Positions 54,801 through 64,000 of a stretch of 64,000 nt of DNA are shown one piece after another. The notes under the pieces are model-generated. The model was not told where the DNA came from, searched no databases, and saw only the letters and a program-made list of their open reading frames with translations. Position 1 is the stretch's first letter, and the number at the start of each line of letters is the position of its first letter. Origin of the DNA: Lama guanicoe (Eukaryota); NCBI GenBank assembly GCA_013239625.1, contig MU053431.1, forward strand, positions 1,330,485-1,394,484. The letters are read 5' to 3'. A program made the translations under genes and the position numbers.

Positions 54801-57800
54801 CCTCCCCAGCCTTTCGCGCCCTGCGCCTCCGCGGCTCCGTTCCAGCAGATCCTGAGAGCTAAGAGCGTCCCGCGGACAGTCGCCTGGGACAAGTCCTTCG
54901 GAGCCTGAAGCGCATGTTTCTGTACCTCGTTTTGGGTCACAAATTCTTGTCTTCTGAGATTGATGAGGAGTTTGCAAAAACATTCAGTAACTTCCTTTAA
55001 GGCAGGTGTGGCAGCCGGCACGGCCTCCTCCTGGAGCTGGAGGCGCTTTGTTCCACCCTCTTGTTCACGCCGGCTGCATGGGGCCACACAGGTGTCCGCG
55101 GCACCGGCGCCTTCAGCGCACAGCGTGCTGGGTCGCGTCGGGGCACAGACCGCCTGCGGCCACTCGGAGAACAGGGCTGTGGGCGGGAGTGGTGAGGGGG
55201 ACACTGAAGCCGACAGAAAGAACTTCCTAGGAACTGGATTCGTCCCCCAGCGGGAAGAGGAAGCCGTGGGCACGGGTGGCTGGTCCTGGGGTTGTTCACG
55301 GGAGGCGGGCCCCGGAGTGAAAGGCATTAACGTGGAGGACCAGCGGCTGGAAGGGGCCAGGGCATGGCCGACCCAGCCGGGCCGGACGAGGGGTTTGGGG
55401 CCACCCCAGAGCCTCTGCAGGATCCTTGAAGTCCCGACAGCATTCCCCCCCAACCCAGACGTCTGCAGCAGCAAAGGCTGGACAGAGCTGTTGTCCCGTG
55501 ACATGTCCGGGGGCACAGCTGTGGTAGGTCGCCTGGGTCGTGCCGGGTGTGCAGCATCAGGTATCTGGGTGCCCCTTCTGAGTGAAAACAAAGGGCACCG
55601 AGAGTGAGCGCTGACACTCCCTGCCGGGAGCGACTCTGGAGGGGTGCCGGGTCGGGACAGCAGTGGAGAGGGCAGGGGCCGTGAGGCTGGGGCTGGGCAG
55701 GCTGGAGGTGCCTGCCTTCCTCCCTGGACCTCTCCAAGGTGGACTTGGTGGTGGACTTGGTTTGTTTTCACGTTTCTGAATCATGTGAGTGTATCTGCCT
55801 GTTTAGAAATCGAATTAAAACTATTCAGTATTGATGGTCACTGAAAATCAGAGACTAACCCTGTGGCCACTCAGATCCTTCTGGGGGCTGTGAGGGGAGC
55901 GCTGTCCCGGGCTCTGTCCACCTCCAGGGCCCTGGTCTCCGCCATCACCCAGCCTTCCCTGTGTCTGTGTCTGAATCTTAAACAGACACCAGTCAGTGGG
56001 TTGGTGGGTCAGTGGGTGGGGGCCCCCCCTTAACCAATTACGTCTGCAAAGACCTTGTTTCTGGGAAAGACACGTTCACGGGTTCCCAGGTCAGGACTCC
56101 AGCGAATCTTTTGGGGCTTGCTGGTCTTTGTCTTGATTGCATTAACCGCTTCGTTGTGGCCGTGTGTTTGTCTCTCTGTAAGACAGTAAGGGGAAGTGTA
56201 ACGAAACATCTGAACTCTCGTGGGGAAGAAGAGGCGCTGAACGGCGGACTCGGTCTCGGGGTCCCGGCGCTGCCCGCGCCTCCAGGACGACGGAGCCACC
56301 GTTGCTCTCCGGAAACAAGCTCGTGTCTCCTTCCCTCTGCAGGAAACTCCCAGTACAGCCAGCAGCAGGCGGGGTACCAGCAGGGCACGGCGCAGCAGCA
56401 GACGTACTCCCAGCAGCAGTACCCCAACCAGCAGGGCTACCCCGGGCAGCAGCAAGGCTACGGTGAGGGGCGCCGTCCCCCGCAGACCCGGGCCCCACAG
56501 AACTCAGCCCCGGGCTCCCGGGGTGCCACTGGGCTGGGGCAGCTCCGGCTTTCCTTGTCTTTCTTGACCTTGGCACTTGTGAGGAAGGCTGGGTGGGCAC
56601 TTCAAAACCCCCCCCTGAGGTGGGGTTTGCCTGGCCTTCTCCTCAGGGTGGTCTTGGGTTCTGGGTTTTGGAAAGAAGACCACAGGGGTGGAGGGCCTTG
56701 GCATCACCTCGGTTGGCATGGCTTGTCTCTGCCGAGGCTGACCTCAGTCACTGGGTCACGGGTGGCGCCAGGCCTGCCAACCGTGGGGCCGCACCTTCCC
56801 TCTCCCCCTCCAGACTCCGGGGTCACCGAGTCCAGCCCCATTAAGGGGGCACTGTCTACACAGATTGTTTGGATTTCGTCTTTGGGAAGATGGGTCTCTC
56901 CCTGTTCACTTAGTTGTGAATCGTTTGTTTATGCTGGTAGGCGTTGGCGGGTATTAATCTCACACATTGGGTTACAATCCAACACTCCTTTATTCTGTTG
57001 TTCAGACTGTCCCAGCCCTGCTCTCAGGAGCTCATCCAGTTGACACCTGTGTCCCTGGGACGCACCCCAGGCTTTGAGTGCTTTCTTGTTTCTGGGACCA
57101 CAGGTTTCCCCGCAGTGTTAGAAGCAGCCACTTCCCCAAAGAGCCGTGGTTCCTGTTACTGGAGAACAGTCCAGGGGCAGGTGGACCTCATCTGAGCCCA
57201 GTCCACTTGACATTCACCTGGCTCAGTGCACGTGTGGCCCGTCTGACAGCAGCGCCTGGAAGTGCCCGGCCCTCCGTCGGCCTTGGTTCACCAGAGAGGG
57301 CTCCCGGAGTGGGAAGGGGCCAGGGGAGCCCGTCGGACAGAAAAGTGGGCTAGGGGAGCTTGGTGAGCTCAGGGAGACGCCCTGGCCCGTGGAGGAGATG
57401 AGCACGATGTAGGCTCAGTCTCCCCGGGGTCTGGCCGCCCCACAGAGCAACGTGCCACCAGGACTAGAGCCCTCTCTGGTCTCCCCGGGCAGGTGGACCT
57501 GAAGCAGTGCCCCCTGGCCATTTGCCTGCGGGTCGTGCCCTGACCCTCTCAGGAGAGGTGCTGGGCTGTGCCCCCCGGAGCCCAGAGTGTCTCTGACGTT
57601 TCCGTGTCCGGAGGGCAACGTCCTGACACCCCACAGGGGGATGGCCTCACAGGCCCACCCCAGTAACAGCCGTCCTCCGGCCTGACATGGACGAGCAGGT
57701 GTCAGTTCAGCGAGAGGGCGAGTTCAGTGGGTGCAAGGCGTCCCTCCGCCACCCCCGGAAACATCCTAGTTCAGCTCAAACACCGTCCCTCCCCAAACCG

Positions 57801-59771
57801 CACGTCCAGGCCGGCGGGTCTGCAGCCTCCCCGTGGAGCCACCTGGGAGGCTTTGGCAAGGTGGGGCGTCGGCGTGGCCCCACGTGTGAGGCAGCGCACT
57901 GGGCTCACAGGTGATTCCGATTCGCGTGAGGCGGGAACGCTGGTGTCATCAGTTCTTCCCAGAGCCTCCCCGGGCTCCACTGAATGGTTCCGCCTGCTAT
58001 GTGCCTTCGCCATTTGCTGTGACTTCACCTCATGTTTGCACTGACCACCAGGACAGGCGGGGGGATGCTAAGAGCGGCCCCCAGCCCCGTCCTGCTGGGG
58101 TGGGGTGGGGTGGGGTGGGCAGGGGTCCCGCCCTGGGCGGCCTGGGCGGGGCGCCGGCGGCCTCACGGCCTGTGTGTGTTCCAGGGCCCGCGCAGGGTGC
58201 CCCCTCGCAGTACTCCGGCTACCAGCAGGGGCAGGGCCAGCAGTACGGGAGCTACAGAGCGGCCCAGACCGGCCCGGCCGCCCCGCAGCAGCGGCCCTAC
58301 GGCTACGAGCAGGCAAGCCTTCCGTGTGTTTCCAGAGCGTGGGCCCCTGTGTGCCAGGCGTGACGACGGCCTCCCCTGCGGTCGCGAGGGCCAGTGAGGC
58401 GGGCGAGTTGGCTCCCAGGGTCCCTTCTGGAACGTCCGTTCTCTGAGTCTGTGAGGCCTAGAAGTCGCATCTCCGTGTGCACCTGTCAGACACCGCTGGC
58501 CGTTCACTTCCTAAACTCACTGTCGGAGGCTCGTCCCTCAGGTGTTCCCGTGTGCCCGGCAGCATCCGAGTGTCTGCCGCAGGCTTGGGGGACCGTGACC
58601 ACCAGACAGTGAGAGCTTGTATCTGGTCCGACAGAGCGGACGCTCAGGGGGCCACGTTGGAGCAGCGGCGGTGGTTCTGGAGGAGGACCTGGAGGGGCAA
58701 GGGGACAAGACACAGGTGGCAGGGCTGGCTTAGCCCACGTCGGGGAGGCCCTCTCTGCCGAGGTGACAGTGAGTCGGGCCCTGGTGTTGCTGAGGGGACA
58801 GCGAGGGCATCAGACCTGAGCAGAGCCGCTCCTGCTCCCAGAATGGCGAGGGTCTGCCCTTCACAGGTAACGAGAGGGCCAGGAACCGAGGGTAGGAGTG
58901 AGCTGGCCATGGGGAGGCTGTGCAGAGGTCCCGAGGCCACCAGGTTTGTCACACTGGAGATGGCGAGGAAGAGGCTCGGTGGCTACAGCTCGGGGCAGGA
59001 GTCCAAGCGGCAGGGCAGGAGAATTATCCTGGGCATATTCTTGGAGACTCCTTTGAAGAGAGCCCTTGGCAAAAGCCCACTGGTGGCTTCTTGTGCTGGA
59101 TCAGAGACACTAATGACAGTTCACATGGCCAATGAAATGTCAAGGCTCCACATAGATTATGGGTGCTTTTCCCAGGGAACTGAGTAGGTAAGGTCCTGTA
59201 TTTTATTTTTTGAACGCTTCTTGCTCTGCTCCCTAAAGAGAGAGAATGCAACAGTTATACTTAGAGTTTCCAGCACCAAGTCAATAAGCCCAGGGAAGGG
59301 TACTTAGGGAAGTAAATGTCTTTGGCTTTTAAGAACGCAGTTCAGATGCTCCTTGTGGGCGCGCAGGACATTGAGTCTTGAAGGCAGCGCCAAGGTTGTC
59401 TGTGACTGGGAGCCAGCAGCAGGCATCCTGTGCGTGGCAGGGTCAGGGTGCAGAAGCGATGTGAGGCACCTGGCCCACCCACCGCCCTGAGCTGCTGCGT
59501 GACGGCTTGAACGGATGCCCCCCTCCCTGATCTAAACCAGTAGCTGCAGCTTGGACGGTGGCGTTCAGAAGGGCAGTTACCTGCCTGCCCCATGGAAACT
59601 GGCAGAGGCTGTTTGTCACTTGCCTTTTATGCCCCCTTCCATCTCCCACCTGGGTACTGGCGGGGGCGGGGGGCCATCTTCCCTTCGGGTGCAGACTCTT
59701 CCGCAGGACTGTTGAGGTGTAATCGGTGTCTTGGTCTCTTGCAGGGCCAGTACGGAAATTACCAGCAGTAA
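33830..59771 (+). CDS. SS18L1: SS18L1/CREST, nBAF chromatin-remodelling subunit; join(33830-33898,46710-46786,47352-47436,48713-48857,49314-49511,50290-50451,50730-50834,51659-51751,56343-56462,58185-58312,59745-59771) = 1209 nt, 402 aa
   Basis: SNH domain (MSVAFASARPRGKGEVTQQTIQKMLDENHHLIQCILDYQSKGKAAECTQYQQILHRNLVYLATIADSNQNMQSLLPAPP), Met-rich and QPGY low-complexity regions, C-terminus YGYEQGQYGNYQQ*. Confidence 0.96.
35165..35370 (-). mobile_element. MIR SINE
   Basis: ccaggcactgttctaag...catccccactttatagataaggacactgagg core. Confidence 0.8.
36200..36643 (-). mobile_element. MaLR solo LTR (MLT1C/D-like)
   Basis: ctgccataacagagaaccacaaacggggtggtttcaaacagcagaaa...gagggacacaatttaacc. Confidence 0.8.
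41627..41994 (-). mobile_element. MaLR solo LTR (MLT1A-like)
   Basis: tctcacggttctggggctggaagtccaag...ggggacacagatactcagtccatgaca. Confidence 0.82.
42430..42620 (-). mobile_element. Vic-1-like SINE
   Basis: ggggattgaacccaggaccttgtgcatgctaagcacgcgctccacc; flanking duplication gggatgtgaaccttt / gggacatgaaccttt. Confidence 0.82.
43121..43854. repeat. Degenerate ~35-bp tandem array (~21 units), core GTCTCCCTCAGGAT
   Basis: Exact GTCTCCCTCAGG at 43394, 43463, 43671, 43842 (spacings 69, 208, 171), with variant cores in between. Confidence 0.85.
44075..44523 (-). mobile_element. ERV1-class solo LTR (MER41-like cetartiodactyl family, tentative)
   Basis: ccgaaccaaactcggg...gcattttaagggccaggtgagggaggggg...ttcttccatttggtggtggtttcagcatctgaaaaactcaggaaacgtgcatcaga. 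Confidence 0.6.
46710..46786 (+). CDS. SS18L1: SS18L1 exon 2
   Basis: cag|MLDENHHLIQCILDYQSKGKAAECT CA|gtaagt. Confidence 0.96.
47352..47436 (+). CDS. SS18L1: SS18L1 exon 3
   Basis: cag|YQQILHRNLVYLATIADSNQNMQSLLPA|gtgagt. Confidence 0.96.
48713..48857 (+). CDS. SS18L1: SS18L1 exon 4
   Basis: cag|PPTQSMTLGPGGLSQSGSSQGLHSQGSLSDAIGAGLPPSSLMQAQIGN G|gtcagt. Confidence 0.93.
49314..49511 (+). CDS. SS18L1: SS18L1 exon 5
   Basis: cag|GPNHVSMQQTAQSTLPTTSMSMSG...NINMQSNP G|gtaccg. Confidence 0.93.
49845..50040. mobile_element. MER3-like hAT MITE fragment
   Basis: ttcaaaggcttagcacagaaaaa...tattttgggcatattgagtcag; GC-shifted match to recalled consensus. Confidence 0.5.
50290..50451 (+). CDS. SS18L1: SS18L1 exon 6
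   Basis: cag|VSMMHQQAASSHYGSAQGGSQHYQGQ...PYRPSQQ G|gtgagg. Confidence 0.93.
50584..50601. other. Assembly gap (18 N)
   Basis: N run. Confidence 1.
50730..50834 (+). CDS. SS18L1: SS18L1 exon 7
   Basis: cag|GSSQQYLGQEEYYGGEQYGHGQAASEPVSQPYYPD G|gtgagg. Confidence 0.93.
51659..51751 (+). CDS. SS18L1: SS18L1 exon 8
   Basis: cag|GHGDYAYQQSSYPEQSYDRPFEEPTQHYYEG G|gtaagg. Confidence 0.94.
52989..53545 (-). mobile_element. Tigger1-derived element
   Basis: 10-bp perfect terminal inverted repeat CAGGCAGACC/GGTCTGCCTG; gagatattgcgggtttggctccagaccaccgcgataaag. Confidence 0.85.
53340..53480 (-). mobile_element. Vic-1-like SINE
   Basis: gaggtaattaggtttattta...ggggttgaacccaggaccttgtgcatgctaagc. Confidence 0.8.
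55880..56116 (-). mobile_element. MLT1-type LTR fragment
   Basis: gacaccagtcagtggg...aattacgtctgcaaagaccttgtttc...cacgttcacgggttcccagg. Confidence 0.6.
56343..56462 (+). CDS. SS18L1: SS18L1 exon 9
   Basis: cag|GNSQYSQQQAGYQQGTAQQQTYSQQQYPNQQGYPGQQQGY G|gtgagg. Confidence 0.94.
58185..58312 (+). CDS. SS18L1: SS18L1 exon 10 (GC donor)
   Basis: cag|GPAQGAPSQYSGYQQGQGQQYGSYR...RPYGYEQ|gcaagc. Confidence 0.92.
59745..59771 (+). CDS. SS18L1: SS18L1 exon 11 coding part
   Basis: cag|GQYGNYQQ TAA. Confidence 0.93.
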   Translation, partial: GQYGNYQQ

Positions 59772-61960
59772 GGGACAGCGTTCTTGTGGAGTCTCGCGAT
59801 GGCATGTCCATCTGGGGATGGACAGGCTGGGGACAGTTCTAATGAACTGCGACCCATGGGTTGCACCTCCGTCCCACGCAGCGTCTGCATGTGAAACGTG
59901 CACACCTCCTGCTGGGCATGACACTGAGCATGCACCTCTGGTGCAAGACGGCGCGCTGATGGTGTGACGTATTTGGTGCTGTGTATAGTGTTGTGCGTCT
60001 GTACAACGGGGAGCTGGTCCCTTTTGTCCCCCACCCCTGCCCCAGTGTTTCTAGCTAGCTTTAGGGGTCCTTTTGTCATCACAGTGTTCTGTGCCCAGAC
60101 ATGGGACACCTACAAGATGCCATAGTCCTCGTACTCACATACACAGACCTCAGGTCTGACTCTTCCTCACGCACTTGTGCTGTGTGTAAAGCTGTCCTTC
60201 ACTGGTCACACTGCAGCTGGACACGTGCGCACGGCCCCGGGTGGCAGCCTCTTCCTGTGCCTCGATGGGGCAGGGGGACGGGGCAGGAGGCATCTTCTGT
60301 GCTTTGGGTCAGTTTCTGTTACACAGTGGAAAGGATAAACGTGCTTCATTCGGGGAGGCTGTGAACCGTTGTTTCCAGAGCTCACCCGTCACCTGTCTCT
60401 CACCAATTCTGTGTATCCAAAAAGTTACATGTTTTTGTATTAAAAGGTAAAGAGGGATCAGTGACTGTTTCCCAAGTAAATACGAACGTTCTATCAGCCT
60501 AACCCAGGGAGAGTGGAATAGCTGAAGGGAGGAGAGGGTAGTTCTCTGAAATCACTTCGGCTTTGGATCTTGTTTATCTAACGGTCATTTCTGGGATTTT
60601 AATATTTAACATGCCCAATTCTAAATTTATAATTTAAAGTACTGATACCAAATTTTCCAAACAGTCGGCATGTTGTTTATTTTATACTGTTTCTTCCAGG
60701 ACCTACTTACTCAGATCATCGAGCAGGCATTCCCTTTAGGGATATCTGAAATTCACATCTCACTTTGAAAAGGAACACCACTGATTTTATTGTGTTCTTA
60801 TATTCCTAGGACATTAAATCCCATTTAAATCCTGTGCAGACATTAAAGACAGCTCATGTGGAAAAGTCAGTTCAAAGGAAAAATTCTACATTTCACTAAT
60901 AAGTCATGTGGACATTTTATCAACCTTTACTAGTTGATAATACCCATATTTACTGTGAATCATTTAAAAACATCTTTGGCTAAATGCTGACTTATTTCCA
61001 ATACAACCAGGAAAATACAAAAATATCAAGTTCTTGATTTGTCAGGTCTACTGAAGATGTTTTCAACTGTTAAGTTTTATGTTTTAAGAGTTTAAAGTAG
61101 TTCTTTATCCGGATTTGAATGCTTTTTGCTGGGACAAACCTTGACAGTCCATGCTGGGAAATAGGGACACAATGACTGTTGCTGTTTTACAAATAAAGAA
61201 TCACGGCTCAGAAAAAAGACAGTCCCTGTCGGGTACAAGTCCTGTTCTAGGACATTCTCCCTCTTCTGTGGAGACAGAATCACACGTACATCGGGATGGA
61301 AGTGTTAATTTTGTAGACATATGGGTTTTAGAAACCCTTAACACTGGTAAGGGCTTACAAATACGTGTCTGTATTAAATGACTGAAAAGAGAATTCTTAG
61401 CCACTGAACGACACAGACACTAGCAGTTTCATTTAGGGAGTCACCTCCCTTGATTTGGTTCTATTCTTTCCTGAGAGTTTTCATAAAACTAATTTGCAAA
61501 CCCAATCGGGGATTCAACTTTCCCTGTTGAAAATGTTAAACATTTCAGATAACTGTGAAAATAGTTAATTTTTGTTCCTTGCCAATGTGGAACATGCCTT
61601 TTATGTTTTTTTCTTTGTAAGTGCTGTATTAATACTTTTGGAAGGAAAAGGACACTTAAAAAACTTATCCCAGAACTTCAATCTGAAATGTCTTACATTA
61701 AGAAATTTCTTGAATGTTGTGTATATATTTTAAAAAGCACTTTGTGAAATAGTTTGTACATTTATTTCTTAATTTATACATGATTTTGGGTGTTAATATA
61801 TTTAATGATTAATAACAGAATGTTTATTTAATGTGTTGTCCATTTTTATGTAATATCGTGGGGAAAGGTGATGCCAGCAGTTCTTTTTCATTAATTGTAT
61901 TATATCTTCTCTTCTGTAACATGAATGTTTGCAAAAGCTTAGGCTAAAATGAATTGTTTG
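59772..61960 (+). other. SS18L1: SS18L1 3'UTR (end approximate)
   Basis: Shift to AU-rich, apparently repeat-free sequence; AATAAA at 61192-61197, several ATTAAA, U-rich block up to ~61950. Confidence 0.6.
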
Positions 61961-62049
61961 TGCAGCGTGGTTAATGTTTTGCTTTTTCACGACTACGTCC
62001 ACGGTGGAGGCCAGTGAAGGTGGAAGGAAGACTTGGAAACCGATGCTAG

Positions 62050-63245
62050 TCTTCCTCCTCTTGCCCCGACGCCCAGCAGTTGGGGGGTCTGAGAAATGAC
62101 CGCTCTCGAAGTGAGGCGAGCCGAGGGCCCCCGCGGGTGGGCGCTAGACCCAGCCGCCCGAGACCAAGCAGTGGGAGGCTGGGGCGGAGGACAGGGGAGT
62201 ACTCGGGCGGTTAGGGGAGTCCGGTCACTGGGGGGTGGGGTGCGTACAGGGGAGTCCGGGCACTCCTCGAGAGTCAGGGGGGTCCGGGCACTCCTCGGGG
62301 AGACGTCTGGGGAGTCCAGGCACTCGGGGGTCAGGGGAGTCCGGGCACTCAGGGGACATAACCGCGCACGGCCGGGCTTCTTCCACGAGGCCTGACCGCG
62401 GGGCGACCCCGGGCTCGGACACAGGGAGGCCGGGCCTCCGCTTCCGTGTACAGAGCAGTCCAGGTCGTCTTATTTGTGAGCACACGCGTCCTCTGACAAT
62501 CATCCCACGGGGTCGTTTCTTTTTTCGGTCGGAGTTTGGCGTCTAGGTTGTTTGTGCTTTTGGTGTGATCGATTTATAAACTGGTTCTTCGAAAACCAGC
62601 CCGGGAGGTGAGTTTTCCTGGGGTGATGGGGGTGTGGCCGTCCTCGCGCCCGCCACCCACAGGACCCTGGCCCCCTGGGTGCGGACGAGGACCAGAACCA
62701 GGAGCAGGACCATCACACCGGGTAGGGACAGGGCCCTCCGCACATGCGCGCTGGGGCGGGGCCGACCCCGGAAGTGGTCCCAGCGGAGGCCCGGCCCCGG
62801 AAGTGACGTGCCCTCCGAGGGTGAGTGCGGGCGCGCGGACGGGGAACCGGGTGGCCGGGGACCTGGGGACGGGCGACGCGGCGCGGGCTGAGCGCCCCCT
62901 GGGGACCGCGGCCGCGCTCGGGCTCTGCCCCGCCTGAGCGCACGGCCGGCCGGCTCCAGACTTCCCGGGACTGGGGTCCCGCTGGATGTTGCTTCATCGT
63001 GTCCGCTCCGTGGTGAAGCCGTCACCCGACAGGGGCGGCGTTTACTGCGAGCGCCGCTCTCGGACGGGCCGGCTGCCTGCGCCTGCGTCCGGTCCGCGGC
63101 GGGCTTCGCACGTGAGACGGCTCGGTGCCGGTCCGCTCGGTGCCGGCCCGCGCGCCCGCACGCCCTCGCTGCCGCCGCCGTCGGTCTGCGGTGTCCGCCG
63201 GCGCGCAGGCGGGTGAGGCGCTCTCGGGGCCGCGTCCCCAGAGTG
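62050..63245 (+). promoter_or_regulatory. MTG2: CpG-island promoter and non-coding first exon(s) of the next gene, probably MTG2 (mitochondrial ribosome-associated GTPase 2)
   Basis: NRF1-like GCACATGCGC 62740, GC box 62753, two CCGGAAGTG (62768, 62797), donor AGG|GTGAGT at 62821. Gene identity rests on conserved order LSM14B-PSMA7-SS18L1-MTG2 only; no coding sequence in the window. Confidence 0.6.
62190..62356. repeat. G-rich minisatellite, ~5-6 copies of AGGGGAGTCCGGGCACTC
   Basis: Motif recurs at ~62213, 62248, 62276, 62309, 62333 with variable linkers. Confidence 0.85.
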
Positions 63246-63479
63246 GGTCTTTGTGAAGGAGAGGACCCTCCCTGAGAGAAGGGGAAAGGAGGACACTGTT
63301 TTAAAGGCGGGTCATTTCTCAGGCAGATGTTTTAGCAGAGAAAATATGTCAGAAGTTAAGGAGCACGAGGTTGATTCTTTTAAATTATCCTGCCTTGGTT
63401 CCCTTGGGCGGTGGTCGCGTGAGCATACCTCAGGGAGACGAGTCCTGTGAAGTGCAGGTGCAGCGCTGTGCCGGAGGAC

Positions 63480-63625
63480 GCTGTGTGACTTTAGGAGCAA
63501 GTGAACATCCTCTGAGTCTCAGCCTCCGCCGCTTTAAAATGAGCATTAACATGTAAGGATCAGAAATCATGATGCCGTCCCCTTAGGATAATTTAAGGAG
63601 GATTTGTAAAGGCCCTACATGTGTC
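63480..63625 (+). mobile_element. MIR fragment
   Basis: ctgtgtgacttt...ctctgagtctcagcctcc...taaaatgag. Confidence 0.55.
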
Positions 63626-64000
63626 GGAGGGAGGGTGCAGGGGAGCAGCAGAGTTGGTGTTTTATCCTGGAGCTGGTGATGGTGGAGTTGCTTCCAACCC
63701 CTCGACCCAGAGGGTAAAGGAGGGGCGGTCACCAGGACCCGGAGAGAGCATTACAGACTAGAGGTGTGACCTTCAGTCTGGGGATTTGAGAAGGGCAGGG
63801 GGTCAGCGTCCCGCCCTGCTGCTCCTCCTCCAGCCTCTGGCTGAGGGCGAGGTAGTGAGGGTAGCCTTGCCGGGTAGGCTCTTGAAACAGCAGGGTGGAA
63901 AGGGGTCCTAGAAAAGCAAGTGGAAAATCCCCAGCATGCAGGATTACCCTTCCTAGGGTTGTTGTAAGGAATACATTTTAAAATTTCTGTAGAAATAATT

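Noticed and set aside
54698..55771. 357-aa antisense ORF in SS18L1 intron 8
   Set aside because: No recognisable domain and Pro/Ala/Arg-rich composition; long ORFs arise by chance in GC-rich DNA
56012..57043. 343-aa ORF
   Set aside because: Only 56343-56462 is the real SS18L1 exon 9; flanks are intron and LTR-derived sequence
62581..62599. Hairpin CTGGTT..AACCAG / GAS-like TTCTTCGAA
   Set aside because: Short and expected by chance; no supporting context

Overview
Mammalian, GC-rich euchromatic genomic DNA, not prokaryotic. Four copies of a tRNA-derived SINE resembling camelid Vic-1 suggest a camel/llama/alpaca assembly. The window holds three complete multi-exon protein-coding genes, rebuilt exon by exon with consistent splice phases: LSM14B (+, 15646-24590, 385 aa, plus a 117-nt cassette exon), PSMA7 (-, 33374-27996, 248 aa) and SS18L1/CREST (+, 33830-59771, 402 aa, last intron GC-AG). 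A CpG-island promoter and non-coding first exon at the right end is probably MTG2, by synteny with human 20q13.33. PSMA7 and SS18L1 share a bidirectional CpG island; LSM14B and PSMA7 converge tail-to-tail. The rest is old L1, ERVL, MaLR, MIR and DNA-transposon relics, microsatellites, minisatellites and three N-gaps. I found no evidence for a new multi-gene system, CRISPR array or foreign insert. The best leads are regulatory: candidate poison exons, a frame-preserving intron and an in-frame alternative acceptor in LSM14B; overlapping uORFs and RE1-like repeats at SS18L1; perfect ARE, CTCF and RFX motifs; and an unexplained ~35-bp degenerate array in SS18L1 intron 1. Repeat family names come from recalled consensus resemblance, not from a search.
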